Origin: Cenococcum geophilum
Lineage: Eukaryota
Assembly (NCBI GenBank): GCA_050273025.1
Contig: CP158635.1
Span: 17,422,001 to 17,486,000 of the forward strand
Length of the DNA: 64,000 bases
Reading direction: 5' to 3'
Part shown: piece by piece, positions 36,220-49,300 of the stretch
Layout: every line of letters starts with the position of its first letter
How positions within the stretch are numbered: position 1 is the stretch's first letter
Notes under the pieces: generated by a model
What the model was told of the DNA's origin: nothing
What the model saw: only the letters and a program-made list of their open reading frames with translations
The model's database searches: none
Program-made: the position numbers and the translations under genes

Positions 36220-39200
36220 TATTTATACCAATTTAATAGTATAAGTAAGTCAGATCTAGGGGCACGAAATACGTATAGTATCGTATGCTCTTTTAGATAA
36301 TGGTAACTCTCTCTTATATTAAAGAAGACTACGTAGTCTATATACTAATGTGTCCTCCCCCTAATTAGTTAGTGCTTTATAAGTGCACCAAACGCGTAAG
36401 CAAGTGGTTGGTACACCGAACGCGTAAACGCGTACCTGGCGTACCGAGCGCGTAGGCACGCGGTTAGTACGACAGGTGCTATAATTATACACTGGCGGTA
36501 CTTAAAAAATAAAACCACCTATGTATAGCCTCCGTAATTGCTCTAGTGGAACCATAAAATATAAAAGAAAATATATAGGAAATAGAACTATAAGATATAA
36601 AGGAAGTATATAGGAAATCTCCCCCCCCTAAGGTGCCTTCTGGGCTGCCTTCCAAACGGTGCTCCAAGCTAGTCGTAAGTTAGATCTTAAGGGCCGCTAA
36701 GGCGCTAGTGCTAAGCGAGCCAATGGCGATTTTCTATCCCGGGGATAGAAAATCGTAATTGGTTAATTTAACCACCATGGCAGAATACGGCAGAATTTAG
36801 TAGATTACGTAAGTCCACCAAGTTCCACCGCAGCTTTTCCACCATTTTCCACCTGTACCGTAACATAGGCAGTCTGCGGTAATCTGGGGTAATCTACCTA
36901 TGCCGATTGTCTAATAGCTTACGGTCCGTAGAACGGACCGTATAACGAGCCGTACGGCCTTCTAACGGGCCGTAGACGTACCGTAGGTGCTCCGTTAATC
37001 CCGTTCTACCCATTTCATAACTTCTAGGTTAAGCTTATTCGTATTAATTAGGGTTTTAAGGGCTTAACACGGCTTTGCCTTAGTTATGGCGTCTACTAGG
37101 TTGTTTCCACCGCTAATCCATTTAACCTCCGCAATTTCACGTCGCTCGTAGGCCTAATGTAAGCACATTAGGTCGACTATAAGCCTCTTTTTTTGTATTA
37201 TACCTAGTTTAACTAGGCAGTTATAGAGGGACTTTAAATCGGTGTATAAAACCAGGGGTAACTGCTCCAGTTATAAAATCTTTTAAACCGTTAATTTGAT
37301 TGCGGCTGCTATATTAAAACCATAAGCTAGTGCATATAGTTTAGAAGCTAGTACACTGCGGGTTACTTATTTGCACTTAATTAAAGACCAGTACAGTATA
37401 TTTACGTCCTAATTACGGTCTATAAGTACAATTACGAAGCTGATTTGTGATAATAGGTCTCTATTATTAGTAAAGGAGGCGTCCGTAAATGCCAGTAAGC
37501 TAAAAAAACTTAGGTCTAGTGGTACAAAAGTAAGTCCCCTTACTATATTATCAATTTGCCACTAAATGCGCTTATTAAGCTGCTTAATATTTTCTTCTTA
37601 TAGATCTACTGCCTGGGCCGTAAAGGACAAATTATAGGTAGATTTGGGTTAGCAGACTGTGGCAATATAGGCGCCTCTTACACGCTATGCAACGTATTAG
37701 TCCTTTATATTTACGGTCTTACGGGTCTCTCTATGGGAGCTAGTAAGGTCCATAGGCTTTGCTATAATAGGCTTTAGGTTTTAAGCTTAGCGTTCCTAAG
37801 TTAGCTTAATTAGGTTGCCCTTTTATATAATTAAGCCTCCATTAAACTTAATCGGATTCTACTTAGTTAACTACTCTTACGGCTTTGCTAAGAACTTAGC
37901 CTTTTATAGTTTAGTTTCTTTAGTGTCTATAAAGGTCTAGTTTACTAGGAATAGGGTATCGTCTATTTAGAGTCTAATAATACTAAGGCCGTTTGATGGG
38001 CTGTATAGGAGGCAGGGGTTATAGGTCAACTATTCCATTTTAAGTTTACTAACGTAGTGCTAGTAATATGTCTTAAACTAATAGTTTCTAGCTTCTGGTA
38101 CTCTGTATAGAGGTTTTATAACCCGTAAAATTGTTCTTAGTTGCAGATTAAGCTTAAGCGGTAGTTATATAAAGATATCCCTACTTAGGTAGGTATTAGA
38201 CTGCACGTAGGCTTACAAGATGTCCCGTAAGTAGAGGGCTACGGGTCTGGTTTGCTATAGTCCAGGTATAAATGCAAGTATAATCCGTTGGCTAACCCGT
38301 TAAATTGTAAGCGATTGCGTAAGGACTAAGTCTTTTCCCTAGTCGTTATAGGCTTATATAATAAGCCTTAACTTTTTAAAAGCTTTGTCAGTACTAGGGT
38401 GCTTAATTTCGTTAATAAAGCGTAAGTTAAATATACAGACGCCTTGCGGAACGTCTTTCTCCATTATAACCGCAAAGACACCCTTTTTAAGTAGTCCGTT
38501 AATCTCTTTATATTATAAGTCCGTAAATGGGGTTTCCTATACTAGAACTAATATATCTATAGGCAAAGATTACCTTACGGATATTCCTACGGAGGTTAAG
38601 TAATTCTCTGTTATAGGGTTCTTGGTTATAGGGTGCTTTTAGGGGCGTCCTCGGCCACGCTTTATAGTAGGTTTAGTAGGTTTAGTGGGTTTCTAGGGGA
38701 CCTTTAAGGTAGGTAAGGGTGCTTCTAGTTTATCTAATTCGGCGGGTGCTTCCAGTTTATCTAGTTTAACGAGTGCTTCTAGTTTATTTAATTTGGTGGG
38801 TGCTTCTAGTTCATCTAGCTCGACGTTATAGGTGTTTTTAGGCTAAAAGTAGGGTTTTACAGACGTGCTTCTGAAGCTAGTTAGCCCGCTAGGAAGCTAT
38901 ACGCAGCACGTCTTGTTTTCTATAGCTAGTAGACAATAGGGTCCATTTTAGCTACCGCTTTTACGCTATATAAGGACTTCAGAGTTAAGCGGGAGGTTGT
39001 ATACTAAGGTTGTATTAGGTCCGTTGCGGTAGTACAGGGCGTTATTAATAGTTTATTTGGCCCGTAGCTTAACTATCTCAGCTATCGCCTTCCGTATTGC
39101 AGCTGCTCGTTCTATAATAGACGGAGTAAGAGGGCCTAGGTTGCTTATCCTTAGGTAGGCTCCGTAAACTAAGAGGGTAGGTACTAGTTCGTTAGGGCCA

Positions 39201-42200
39201 GCAGTGTTGTTAACGGCTTTTACGGCTATCTGTAGAGCCAGTTCCTTTTAGATATTCTTATATTCGTCCGTAATAATCTAGTAAGCTCTTTATAAGGCTA
39301 GGTAAGCTCGCTTAATAAGCCTAATAGACCAGTACGCCTTAACTGAAACAGCTTTTGTTAATATAGCTATGGCCATAGCGTACTGCTAGAATTTCTTGCT
39401 AATAAAGTTCCTACTAGCGTCGTGGGTAATATACTACGGAGGTCCGACGTATATGTTAATCTAGTAGGTTCGTAAAATATCCTAAGTATATTTTATAAAT
39501 ATATTTTACAACTAACGGGCGGCTTAATAGCGGGTTACCTCGTCAATTATATGTAATACTGGGCTGCCGTTAATATACATAATATCTACGTATACTAAGT
39601 AGTTAAAGTTAAGGTCCTTATAAAGGGTGAACTTAAATCAGCCTGGGGAACGTCCGTATTTCTAGCAGAAGGAGTAGTATTTAGTTAGGTAATTAACTAC
39701 CTTCCTATTAATATTGTTGTGTTTAAAGCGTTCAAGGACTCTATATAGCTTTTCGGCTAATAGGTAGCCGAAACGGCGGTATAAACGGTGGATTTCCGTA
39801 CTAGTAAGGTAGCATGGGTTATAGTCAAAAGATTCCTAAATATAGGTCTGTAAAGTCTCTCCCTATATAAGGAACGGGTGTCTAAATTGTCGTATAATTA
39901 GTAGGGTAATATACTTGCTTCCTAGGGCAGTTGCGGGGCCAATTAAGGTATCCGTAATATTGTTGTAGTATACCTATAACCTGTTTATATCTATAAGACA
40001 GAGTAGGAAGGGGGTGTCTGCTTTTACTATGTAGAAGTTAACTAGGCTAATTAGAGTCTTGACTTTAACTAATTTAATTAATGCGGTTGAGCCGATGCCG
40101 AATTAGACGTTTATGGCCCCAGTTTGCGTAATATCAATATCCGTATTGTCATTTATGGTGGTCCTATATGCGAGGTATTGTTTATAGCCTGCGGTAGACT
40201 TCTTAGAGGCACCTATATCGATTATAACGCTGTAGAATTCCTTAGGGGTATAGCGTTCTGTAATAATATATATAAATAGGTCCTGCTTATAATCTATAAC
40301 GTCCGTAATAGGGGTACTTACGGAATAGTTTTTAGGCGTAACTAAGTGTATAAAGGAACGGTCGGCTAATACGGTTGTAATATTAAAGGCTTAGCTATCC
40401 GTAAAAGGTCTAAAAGTAGTTAGGAATATCTCTAAGGTCTCTTATTCCTAAGCGTTTAAGTTAAAGTTAATTATAAGGGCTTCTATTGACTTATTAGGGG
40501 GCTCTTCTACTTCCTCTCCTTTGTATTCTAAAATAAACTGGCTAATATAGTTATTAAGTCTCTTCCTAGACTTATTACATTCTTTTTAGGTATACCTTAT
40601 AGACTAATATCCTTCCTTACTATACACAAAGCACTTCTAGCTGGTTTATCTACGGGGGTATATTTTTATACGGGAGTTATTATAGGGGTTGCGGGTAGGG
40701 CCTGGTCGATACGGGTACTGCTAGCGGTAGCGGCGGTCCGTAAAGTAGACGTCTAAGTCTATTTACGGATATTAAATATCCGCAATAAAGGCTTAAGTAC
40801 TGCCTAGTGGGTTTAAGACTTTATATATTATAATAGAGGAGTATAGATTATTAATAAGGCCAGCTAAGGTGTCTATAGGCTTATAATAGGCGTACTTATA
40901 GGGCTCTACTTCCTGGTAGGCCGTAATAAGTTTGTTGTATAGGAAGTTGTCTGTTTAAAGCTTGGCGTTAAAGCCGTACTATAGGTGCTGGAGGTCTTTA
41001 ATAAGAATTTGCAGGTACTCTATAGTTAATTTTTCAGTATTCTTATTAATTACGGTCCATAGCTTAGTTGTATTCTATTAGGTAAGGATATTACGCCTAT
41101 ATTCTGGTCCTTTAAAGTAGTTATAGGTAGCTTTATATAGCTTATTAAAGGGAACACTAAGGGGGTTACTCTTAAGGTTAGTGTAGTAGTGGTCAAGTGC
41201 TAGGCCGCATAGCATAGTAGAGTAGGCTTAGCTAAACTCTTGTTTAGAAATATTAGCCTTTTAGCAAAGGTCCGTAAAGATAGTTAGTTTAAAGTTAAAA
41301 TTGTTGTTTTCACTACTGTACTTAGATTTATTAGTATAGAGCTTAGCTAGGTTAGCTAGTTCCTTACCATAGGTCTTTACTTAGGTGCGTTGCGGATCTA
41401 TAACTTATAGATTTATGGCTTACGGATATATGGCTTGCGGATATATAGTTTACGGATATATAGCTTGCGGATTTATAACTTAGGTAGGTTATGGATCTAT
41501 AGCTTTATTAATAGAAGGGTTTTAATCCGTATTTTGGTTTACAGGGGTATTACGGTCCGTAACTTGGGTACTAGGTATGCTTTAGCCCGTAAGATTAATT
41601 CCGAAATCACTTAGGTTTATAGAACAAATTTGGTTAAGTAGGTTAGGTATAAGGCTAGCGATGCTATTAAGTTTAGGAGAAGCAGAGAGATTATTAGTAG
41701 CTTTAACCTAGTCTAGGATTTTCTCTTTAGTCCATTCTATTTAGTCCTCCTCCTATATTATATTGTATAAGGACCGTATAATAGTAACTCGTTTATCCTT
41801 TTTAACCTATACACCTTAGTAACGTAAAAGGGTTTATAGGTTATAGATAGTAGTAGGGTTATAAGCCTTAAAAATAGCTTCCATAAAGTCCGTAAAGTCT
41901 TCCTTATATTACTCCTATAGGTCGTTATTTAGAAGCTTATAGTATCCGTATTTAAGGATTTTAAAATTAATATAGTTGTTAACGTTATCCATAGACGTGA
42001 GGTCAACTCCTTAGCTCCACTTCTTTTGACCTTTACTAATTTGCTTGCTTATATCTGCTATATTATATAGCGTTATATATCTATATAAGCTATAGCAGGT
42101 TATAGTAGTTTATAGCGGGTCCGTAATAGTTTAAGGGGTCTTATAGTGGTCCGTAAAGGCGATTAACGGGTCCATAATGGTTTATAAAAGGGTAGGGGGT

Positions 42201-42761
42201 TTCCATAAGGTCCGAAGAGGTTTAAGGTTTAAGGAGGTTTAAGGATAGAGGTTTAAGGTTTAAAGGTAAGTTAGGGTAGGGGGTTCCGTATAGGTCTATA
42301 TTTACATCTATAACTTCTAGTAAACCGTACTAAGACTTAAATAAGTATACAGAGTTGGTGATAGTCCGTAATCCCCGACTTCCGACCTTTTAGCAGGTTA
42401 TACTAGGAGTCTAAACAGGTAATCGCTATCGTGTATCGCTCGGGGGGAGGTGTTAAGTAATTGCTGATCTGTACGCGCTTACTAATCAGTGTTTATACCA
42501 ATTTAATGGTACAAGTAAGTCAGATCCAGGGGCACGAAATACATATAGTATCGTATGCTCTTTTGGATGATGGTGACTGTCTCTTATATTAAAGAAGACT
42601 ACGTAGTCTATATACTAATATGTCCTCCCCCTAATTAGTTAGTGCTTTATAAGTGCACCAAACGCGTAAGTGAGTGGTTAGTGCACTGAACGCGTAAACG
42701 CGTACCTAGCGTACCGAGCGCGTAGGCACGCGGTTGGTACGACAGGTGCTGTAATTATATA
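36220..42761 (-). mobile_element. Ty1/Copia LTR retrotransposon, probably GalEa clade, RIP-inactivated
   Basis: 272-bp LTRs at 36220-36491 and 42490-42761. TSD ATACT at 36215-36219 and 42762-42766. Integrase (degenerate HRRFGH at ~39775) lies upstream of RT (degenerate QTDDTL at ~37960) and RNase H (FTDASF, SVLAS.LYALAYGF, WISGGNN..DA.TK). Confidence 0.9.
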
Positions 42762-43479
42762 ATACTTAAGCTATTATTAAAGACTATAAGCTAGGGCAGG
42801 TTAATATATACGTTAATATATTAGTGCGCAATAGTAGGGCAGAAGTTGGCGTATATACTACACTATCTAAAGCAACGCTTTTAAAAACGGTGATAAGCTT
42901 TAATTAGGCCGATGCCCACCTTATAGAGCTTCTAGCAATTAGTAAGGCAGCCAACTAGCTATATAACCCTATATATACAGCTATTAACTAAAAAGGTTTT
43001 TTAATACCTACTTTTAGTATAAGAATATTCTCTAACTTATAATTAGCGTTACTATTAGTATAAAGCTAAAGGGCTAAAGCCTATTAGGAAATAGTTATAA
43101 AGATCTTAAAGAAGCTTTAGCTAAATAATATTACGCTATACTAGATTTTAGGCTACTTAGGATTTATAGGAAATAAGAAGGTTAATAAGCTTACTAAAGT
43201 AGTAATAAAACTAGAGAGTAAAGAGCCACTATATAGAAATGGCCTCCTATAGTACCTTATAACGTAAGCCTTAAAAAAAGCTATAATAATAATAGAACTA
43301 CTTTTAGCGGGAAGATCTAATATAGGCAAGTTTATATATAAAAAATTAACGTAGTACTCTACCTTAAAAGGGCTATAGGATTATACTAATAGCTAATTAG
43401 CTTTAAACCTACTATTTTTACGCAGCTATAAACTGGCAAGTTATTTCTAAAAGAATATCTTTACAAAATTAATATATTA

Positions 43480-43798
43480 TTATTATTATTATTCATTGCT
43501 TAACGTCCGATTCGGATCCCTATTGGGCCCACGCGGACTACTCCTTATATACATGTGGGGAGAAAACTCTATTTAAGAAAACCCCGTAATCCATCTCCCT
43601 ACCTTTTAGGACTCGCCTATAAGGCGCCTGCGAGGCGCCTACAAGTCACCTGTGGTGCTCTACTACCTTACTTTTTAACCTTCTTAGAAACCACTGCTGC
43701 CGTAACAAGCCTACGGACGCGCTAGTATCGCAAACTTTACTCTACCACTGTAGAGTCATCAGGGGGCGCCCGTTGCTCGCCCTCCCCACCCTCCATTG
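43480..43798 (-). mobile_element. 5'-truncated (~320 bp) copy of the LINE C family, antisense within LINE B
   Basis: Matches 46375-~46685. (TAA)n tail. 14-bp TSD AAATTAATATATTA at 43466-43479 and 43799-43812. Confidence 0.9.
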
Positions 43799-45471
43799 AA
43801 ATTAATATATTAAAGACGGTGTTATGCAACTATAGGCTTATAGAATTAATGTAGCACTTTCTCTTCTCTTATAGAAGGTGGGTATAGTAGAGGATTAAAC
43901 TAAGAGAGTAGCATAGAGATTAATTTGGGGATCTATTATATATATTAGGGGGGACTTACGCAGATAAGAAGGAGGCAGAAATATTAACGGTCTAATTAAG
44001 CGCTAGAAGCCAGATATTAGCATAGTTAAAGCTATAATTAAATTTATAAAGGAGACTGGATGTTTATACTTAAGTGTATAAGATATAGAGAGTATAAAAG
44101 CTAACATTAATAAGCGAAGACTCTTAAGGATTTCTCCTCTAATTATCTAACTAAATATACTACGAGCCTCCTTTATACGTGCCTCTACTAGTACGCCGCC
44201 GATTAAAAAGCATATAACGCTGGAATAGCCCTACAGATATAAGGCGTTGAAAACCATTTACTTAGGCTTACCTCTAAACTCTGACTTTCTTCTAATAGTA
44301 ATATATTACTTTCCTTTATTTCCTTAGTTAAGTATAGTATTAGGTAATAGATATATAGTTTTTATAGTTGGCTTCTAAACTAGAGCATGCATGTTAATAA
44401 TAGGAAATATTTAGTTAGCGCTCTGTAACGGCCTATACCCTAAATAGTGCATGGCTATAATAGAATATATATACATATATATATACATAGGATACAATAC
44501 CTAGTTTATTCCGCTATTCCTCTAGGGTAAAAGGTTAAGCTGATTTAACCCATTTAGAGAGTGCTTTTATTAATATTTAGAGGGAATTATATTATTAAAT
44601 AATAATATAGGTATTTAAACGCTTTTTAATTTATATTTAATTCAATAATGTTATTGTGGAGTTGTTTAGGAATACTAAGTCCTTATTAATAAGAACCGAA
44701 TATTGATAAAAGCTCTAGACGGTTTAGAGATTGTCCAAGCGGTATTAACACTGTAGCGTTTTCGCCGAATGGCAACGTAGCGTTTATAGTGGCAAAGACG
44801 GGTTATAAGGCTGTATTAGCTGGACTATAAGGTACATACGCCACGGTAGATACTATACGCGAAAATATGTTGTAAGCTTTTGCAGTGTGTGGGAATTAAA
44901 CGAGTAACTTGATTGTAAATCTATGGAATCAAGAGGTATATATACATGAAATGGTGTAGGTAACAGGATGAAATGGGAACAGTGATCTGCAAGCAATATT
45001 GATCTGCGATCAATATATAGGGTGGCGTTGACGCTGTCTTGGATCCTTCCAAGCGGTGATCTTGTGTCTCAGCACAGTGTCGGTAGTCGGTTACATATGT
45101 ATTTATGGGGTAATTATTATACCTAGCCTAAGCCCAATTAATATGTTAATGTATTATATATTAGGACTGTTCTTAGGCTTACTAAATCTTAGCATAGGGC
45201 TTCTATATAACAAGCTAGTATAAGGTAGTTAGACTTGCTAATAAATAAACAATTCAAACTATAGATCTTCGGTTTAGTTAATTGGATATTTTAAAGCTTT
45301 ATACTTATTTATTTTATTTAGTTAATCAAACTAATAAATGGTTTAGTTAAATTTAACTATTTAGATAGATTTATATAAATTTATATATAATAGTAGAAGA
45401 ATCTAAAAACTCTACGCTTTAATTTAGTAATATAATCCTTATATTAAGCTTAAAAGTTAATTAAAGAAATA

Positions 45472-45990
45472 GGCTCCATGAAATCGGCCTCTGCACCCCA
45501 CGCGGTGGAGCCCGGGAACCTGACAGACAGCTATCGGCGTTCCATTAGGATCGTGCCAACAGACTGCCAGAGCAAACGCAGAGACGTTACGTACGGCAGC
45601 GCATCGCGGGCGCTGCGGCGTAGTGGTGACGGGAAAAAATTTCTTGCTAGGAGGGTAAGCCCCAGCGGAGACTTAGCTACCGTATCTCAACGTACGTATT
45701 CGAGCCATCGAACCACGGCAATCTCTACCTCCGGCGACCCCTTCCTCCTATACGGTATAACTACGTTATATGCGCAATCGAACCATATACACCTCGCAGG
45801 CGAGAGGCCTGTAATAAGCCTCTCATTCCCTATCCTACCCGACAGCCTAGACTTACCCGCGCGGCATTTCGTCTTCCTCTACGTACATCTTTGGCTGGGG
45901 ATATGCATAGGGGACCTAGGTTGGGGCCCTAGGACAAGACGCCTAGTTTTACACTACATTCGTCCCGCTGTTCCTATGGGGTGGAAATTA
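45472..45990 (+). repeat. Unclassified ~0.5-kb repeat, uninterrupted copy 2
   Basis: Continuous version of the fragments at 11821-12110, 14416-14610 and 44488-44530. Supplies the empty sites for three insertions. Right edge approximate. Confidence 0.8.
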
Positions 45991-46374
45991 TACTGTAAGC
46001 AGGAGGACCGTAGGCAAGGGCGTTTAAATAGGAGCAAGGGCAGAATTATATCAATCTTACGGTATTCCCAACTTTAAAAGGAAGCATGGTACGAGCGGCA
46101 GATAGGGCAAGATAGGCAATTAGGACACTCCCGTTTAGGAGTCTCAGAGCAGCAACCTAACGGTATTTTTCCTCCCGTTAATGTAGTACGGATGTTATCT
46201 AAAAGTATTACCTCTTACGTCTCCCTTGGAGGTGTTTTATACCTATATTATGGCATGAGTCTGCATAGACCTAGATAAGGACCGCATCAGACGTTAAATA
46301 GAATCAATAATAATTAAAGAAATATAATTAATCACCTTTAGTATTAATAATAGCAAGGTCTAGTTCTATTAATA

Positions 46375-49300
46375 TTATTATTCATTGCTTAACGTCCGAT
46401 TTGGATCCCTATTGGGCCTACGCGGACTACTCCTTATATACATGTGGGGAGAAAACTCTATTTAAGAAAACCCCGTAATCCATCTCCCCGCCTTTTGGGA
46501 CTCGCCTACAAGGCGCCTGCGAGGCGCCTGTGAGTTACCTGTGGTGCTCTACTACCTTACTTTTTAACCTTTTTAGGAACCACTGCTGCCGTAACAAGCC
46601 TACGGACGCGCTAGTATTGTAAACTTTACTCTACCACTGTAGAGTCATTAGGGGGCGCCCGTTGCTTACCCCCCTACCCTTTATTACTATTTCCTTTATA
46701 ACCCAGAATTGGTTTAGTATATTTTAGCTAATAAGCTACTAGGTAACCGCCTTAAGGCCTTTTTATATTAAGAGTAGTATATTATAGTTCTCTATGCTAG
46801 CTACTAAAAGTATTACTTCTTAGTTAGTATATAAGGGGCATAATAGTATTATATATTTTGGTGTCTATCTTAACTAGCCATATTTACATCTTAGGCTACC
46901 TACTAAAATACCCACCTAGTAGAGCCAGTCTTTTAGTCCTATTATTCCTATTCTTAAGAGTATTGCTATTATATTTTCTACCTTTATTAGGCCTTCTTAG
47001 AGCCCTAAAGTATTTACCCCCTATAGCGTTAACTATGCTACGGCTTGGGTTCCTCTTACCTTAGTTAGCCTCTGTACCTTTAACTCCTATATATCTCTCT
47101 AGTATTGGTCTAGCCAGTATTATATTATGGTAGATAGTTTCCTAGCATTCTTTTATACTTTACTTTTACTTCTTTTTCTCTCTTACTGTTGTCTTTACTA
47201 GCCTCTTATACGTCTCCCTTTCTCCTTTATATAGGCCTAGGCCCTAAAGCAGCATTATTTTTCTTCTACTTTCTTTACCTGTTTCTCTAATATGTCTTCC
47301 CTACTTTAGGGTTATTGGTTTATTCTCCTATAGGGCGCCCTAGGGTCCCTCTATAGTTTATTTAGGCGTATCTTAATATACTTTATAATATTAGAGTTAC
47401 GTTTATTTTGCGCCCTTTATATTATAGCGGCTTTAATATATAGTTATAGGGGGGGAATATTGGCTTCCTTTTTAAGTAGTGCTGTAGCCGTTCGCTTATA
47501 TCCGCCTATTATACTCTAAAGGTAGGCTATTTGGACCTTTTAGAGTGGTTTAAGGAGCGATTTAGGGGGGCCTTTCTTAGATTCTCTAATAGCCTAAATA
47601 CTGGACCTATACGTTATGGTTAGCCGGATAACTGCTATATATAGTAGGCGTAACCTCTAAAAGCATAGACCCTATATAGAATTAATAATCCTAGATAATG
47701 TAATATACTATACTTAGCCTTTATAGGCCGCTTATACCGTATATACGCTCCATTGGAGCTTACTATCTACCTATACTCCTAATACCCTTAAACCCTAAAC
47801 TAGTTAACCCTTAAAGCCTTAAATGTGGATTATATACTAGAGATCTATAGATTGGTTGCGTTTTCTTATAAAGTAGATTAGCTAGTATTTCTCTAGTAAG
47901 AATTGGACTCTATGTTGTCTTGCCCATTCTATATAGGTATTATAAGCTTTCTCTAGTGTTCTGTAATTTTCTACGGCTGTTGGCCCGTATATAATTAGGT
48001 TTGTATTATTAATAAAGCCTATTCCCTAGGTCGCCCCTTCCTTAAAGGAGTTAAGTAGGTTGCTTATAAAGAAAAGGAAGAGTATAGGCGAGAGGGGTGA
48101 TCCTTATAGTATTCCTATTGTAACTATAATAGGGGGGCTCTGGTATCTGCTAAAGACTAGTAATGTTTCTTTTTAACCTATAAACCCTTAAACAAATTAT
48201 ATAATCTATTCTAGAAAGCCTTTTGCCCTAAGAATATATAGGAGACGCTTATAGGGTATATTATTATAGGCGCCGCTAATATCTAGGCTGAGCATTAATA
48301 CTATAAAGTCCCTTCGCATCGCCTATGCGGATTTAATAGTGGTAGTAAGTAGCGTAAGTGCTAATAGTGTTAAGCGGTTCTTTCTTGCCCCTATTTAGCT
48401 TTATAGTAGTAAATTATATTCCTTAGCCGTGTCTACTATATAGTCCGCTATTACCTTTTTTAAGATCTTGCTAAGGGTGTTTTCTAAGGTAATAGGGCGG
48501 TAGCTTTCTGGGATTAAGTAATTTGCTTTACCTTCTTTCTATAAAATAACCGTTATTATAGCTCTTCCGAGTCGCGGGTAGTAGCCTATAATAAAGTATG
48601 CCCTAGCTATATCTGTAAGCTAGGGTGCTATAAGTAGTCCATATATTTTTAAGGCCTTATTTAGAATCCTATCTGGTCCTAGTACTATATTGTTTAAAAG
48701 GCGGCTAATAGTTCTAGCTATTTCCTCTATTGTTATATTGCTGTCAACCCTTAGGTGAGTCACCGGTGTTTTACCTATAATATCGCTGAGGTCTGCTAGA
48801 GCTGGTTAGGGGAAGAACCTTTCTATAAGGATCTTTACCTTCTTATTATTGTTATTAGTGGTTTATAATTCCCCTGCTCTTTATAGGGGTAGTAAGTATA
48901 AGTCTTTTACTAGGCGCCCTACCTTTTTCTTTACCTATTTTGCTATAGCCTAAAGGCCCTTATTATAGGGGAGGCTTGGGTTAAAAGTATGCTCGTTTAT
49001 AAACCGTCTCCAGTTATTTCTTACTTCTTTCTTTAGGGTATTCTTTAACTGGTTTCTTATGTCTTTATATTATCTTTTGTCTTTAGGGTTGTAGCTACTT
49101 ATATATTTCCTTCTTACTTATTATTAGCTAGTAATAAGAACCGCGTATTATATGGACTATACGTATCGCGTATAGGGGCCTAGTTTTAAAACTAGGCAGT
49201 ACTCTTCTAGCCCATTTTTAATTGCTACCTAGATCCTTTCTAGTCTTTAGTTAATTTCCTTAGGGGTAGCTAATAAGCCTCGCTTGTTTAGAATTAGGTA

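Larger units (their letters stand above)
25684..44487 (+). mobile_element. Tad1-like LINE copy B (~145 bp 5'-truncated), interrupted by Gypsy, Copia and a LINE stub
   Basis: Collinear with copy A from ~20004 in four pieces: 25684-28228, 34593-36219, 42762-43479, 43799-44487. Followed by TAGGATACAATA at 44488-44499. Confidence 0.92.

Noticed and set aside
36492..36502. TGGCGG after the left Copia LTR as a plus-strand PBS
   Set aside because: All coding domains are on the minus strand and a hairpin site follows the other LTR; no tRNA match recognised.
44730..45080. Possible solo LTR (TG start, TATA-like motif, repeated ccaagcggt)
   Set aside because: Could not find a matching CA end with a TSD or a second copy in the window; left unannotated.
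45478..46077. 199-aa ORF in repeat copy 2
   Set aside because: No recognisable motif, and copy 1 differs by indels that look frame-breaking. Probably a chance ORF in non-coding repeat DNA.
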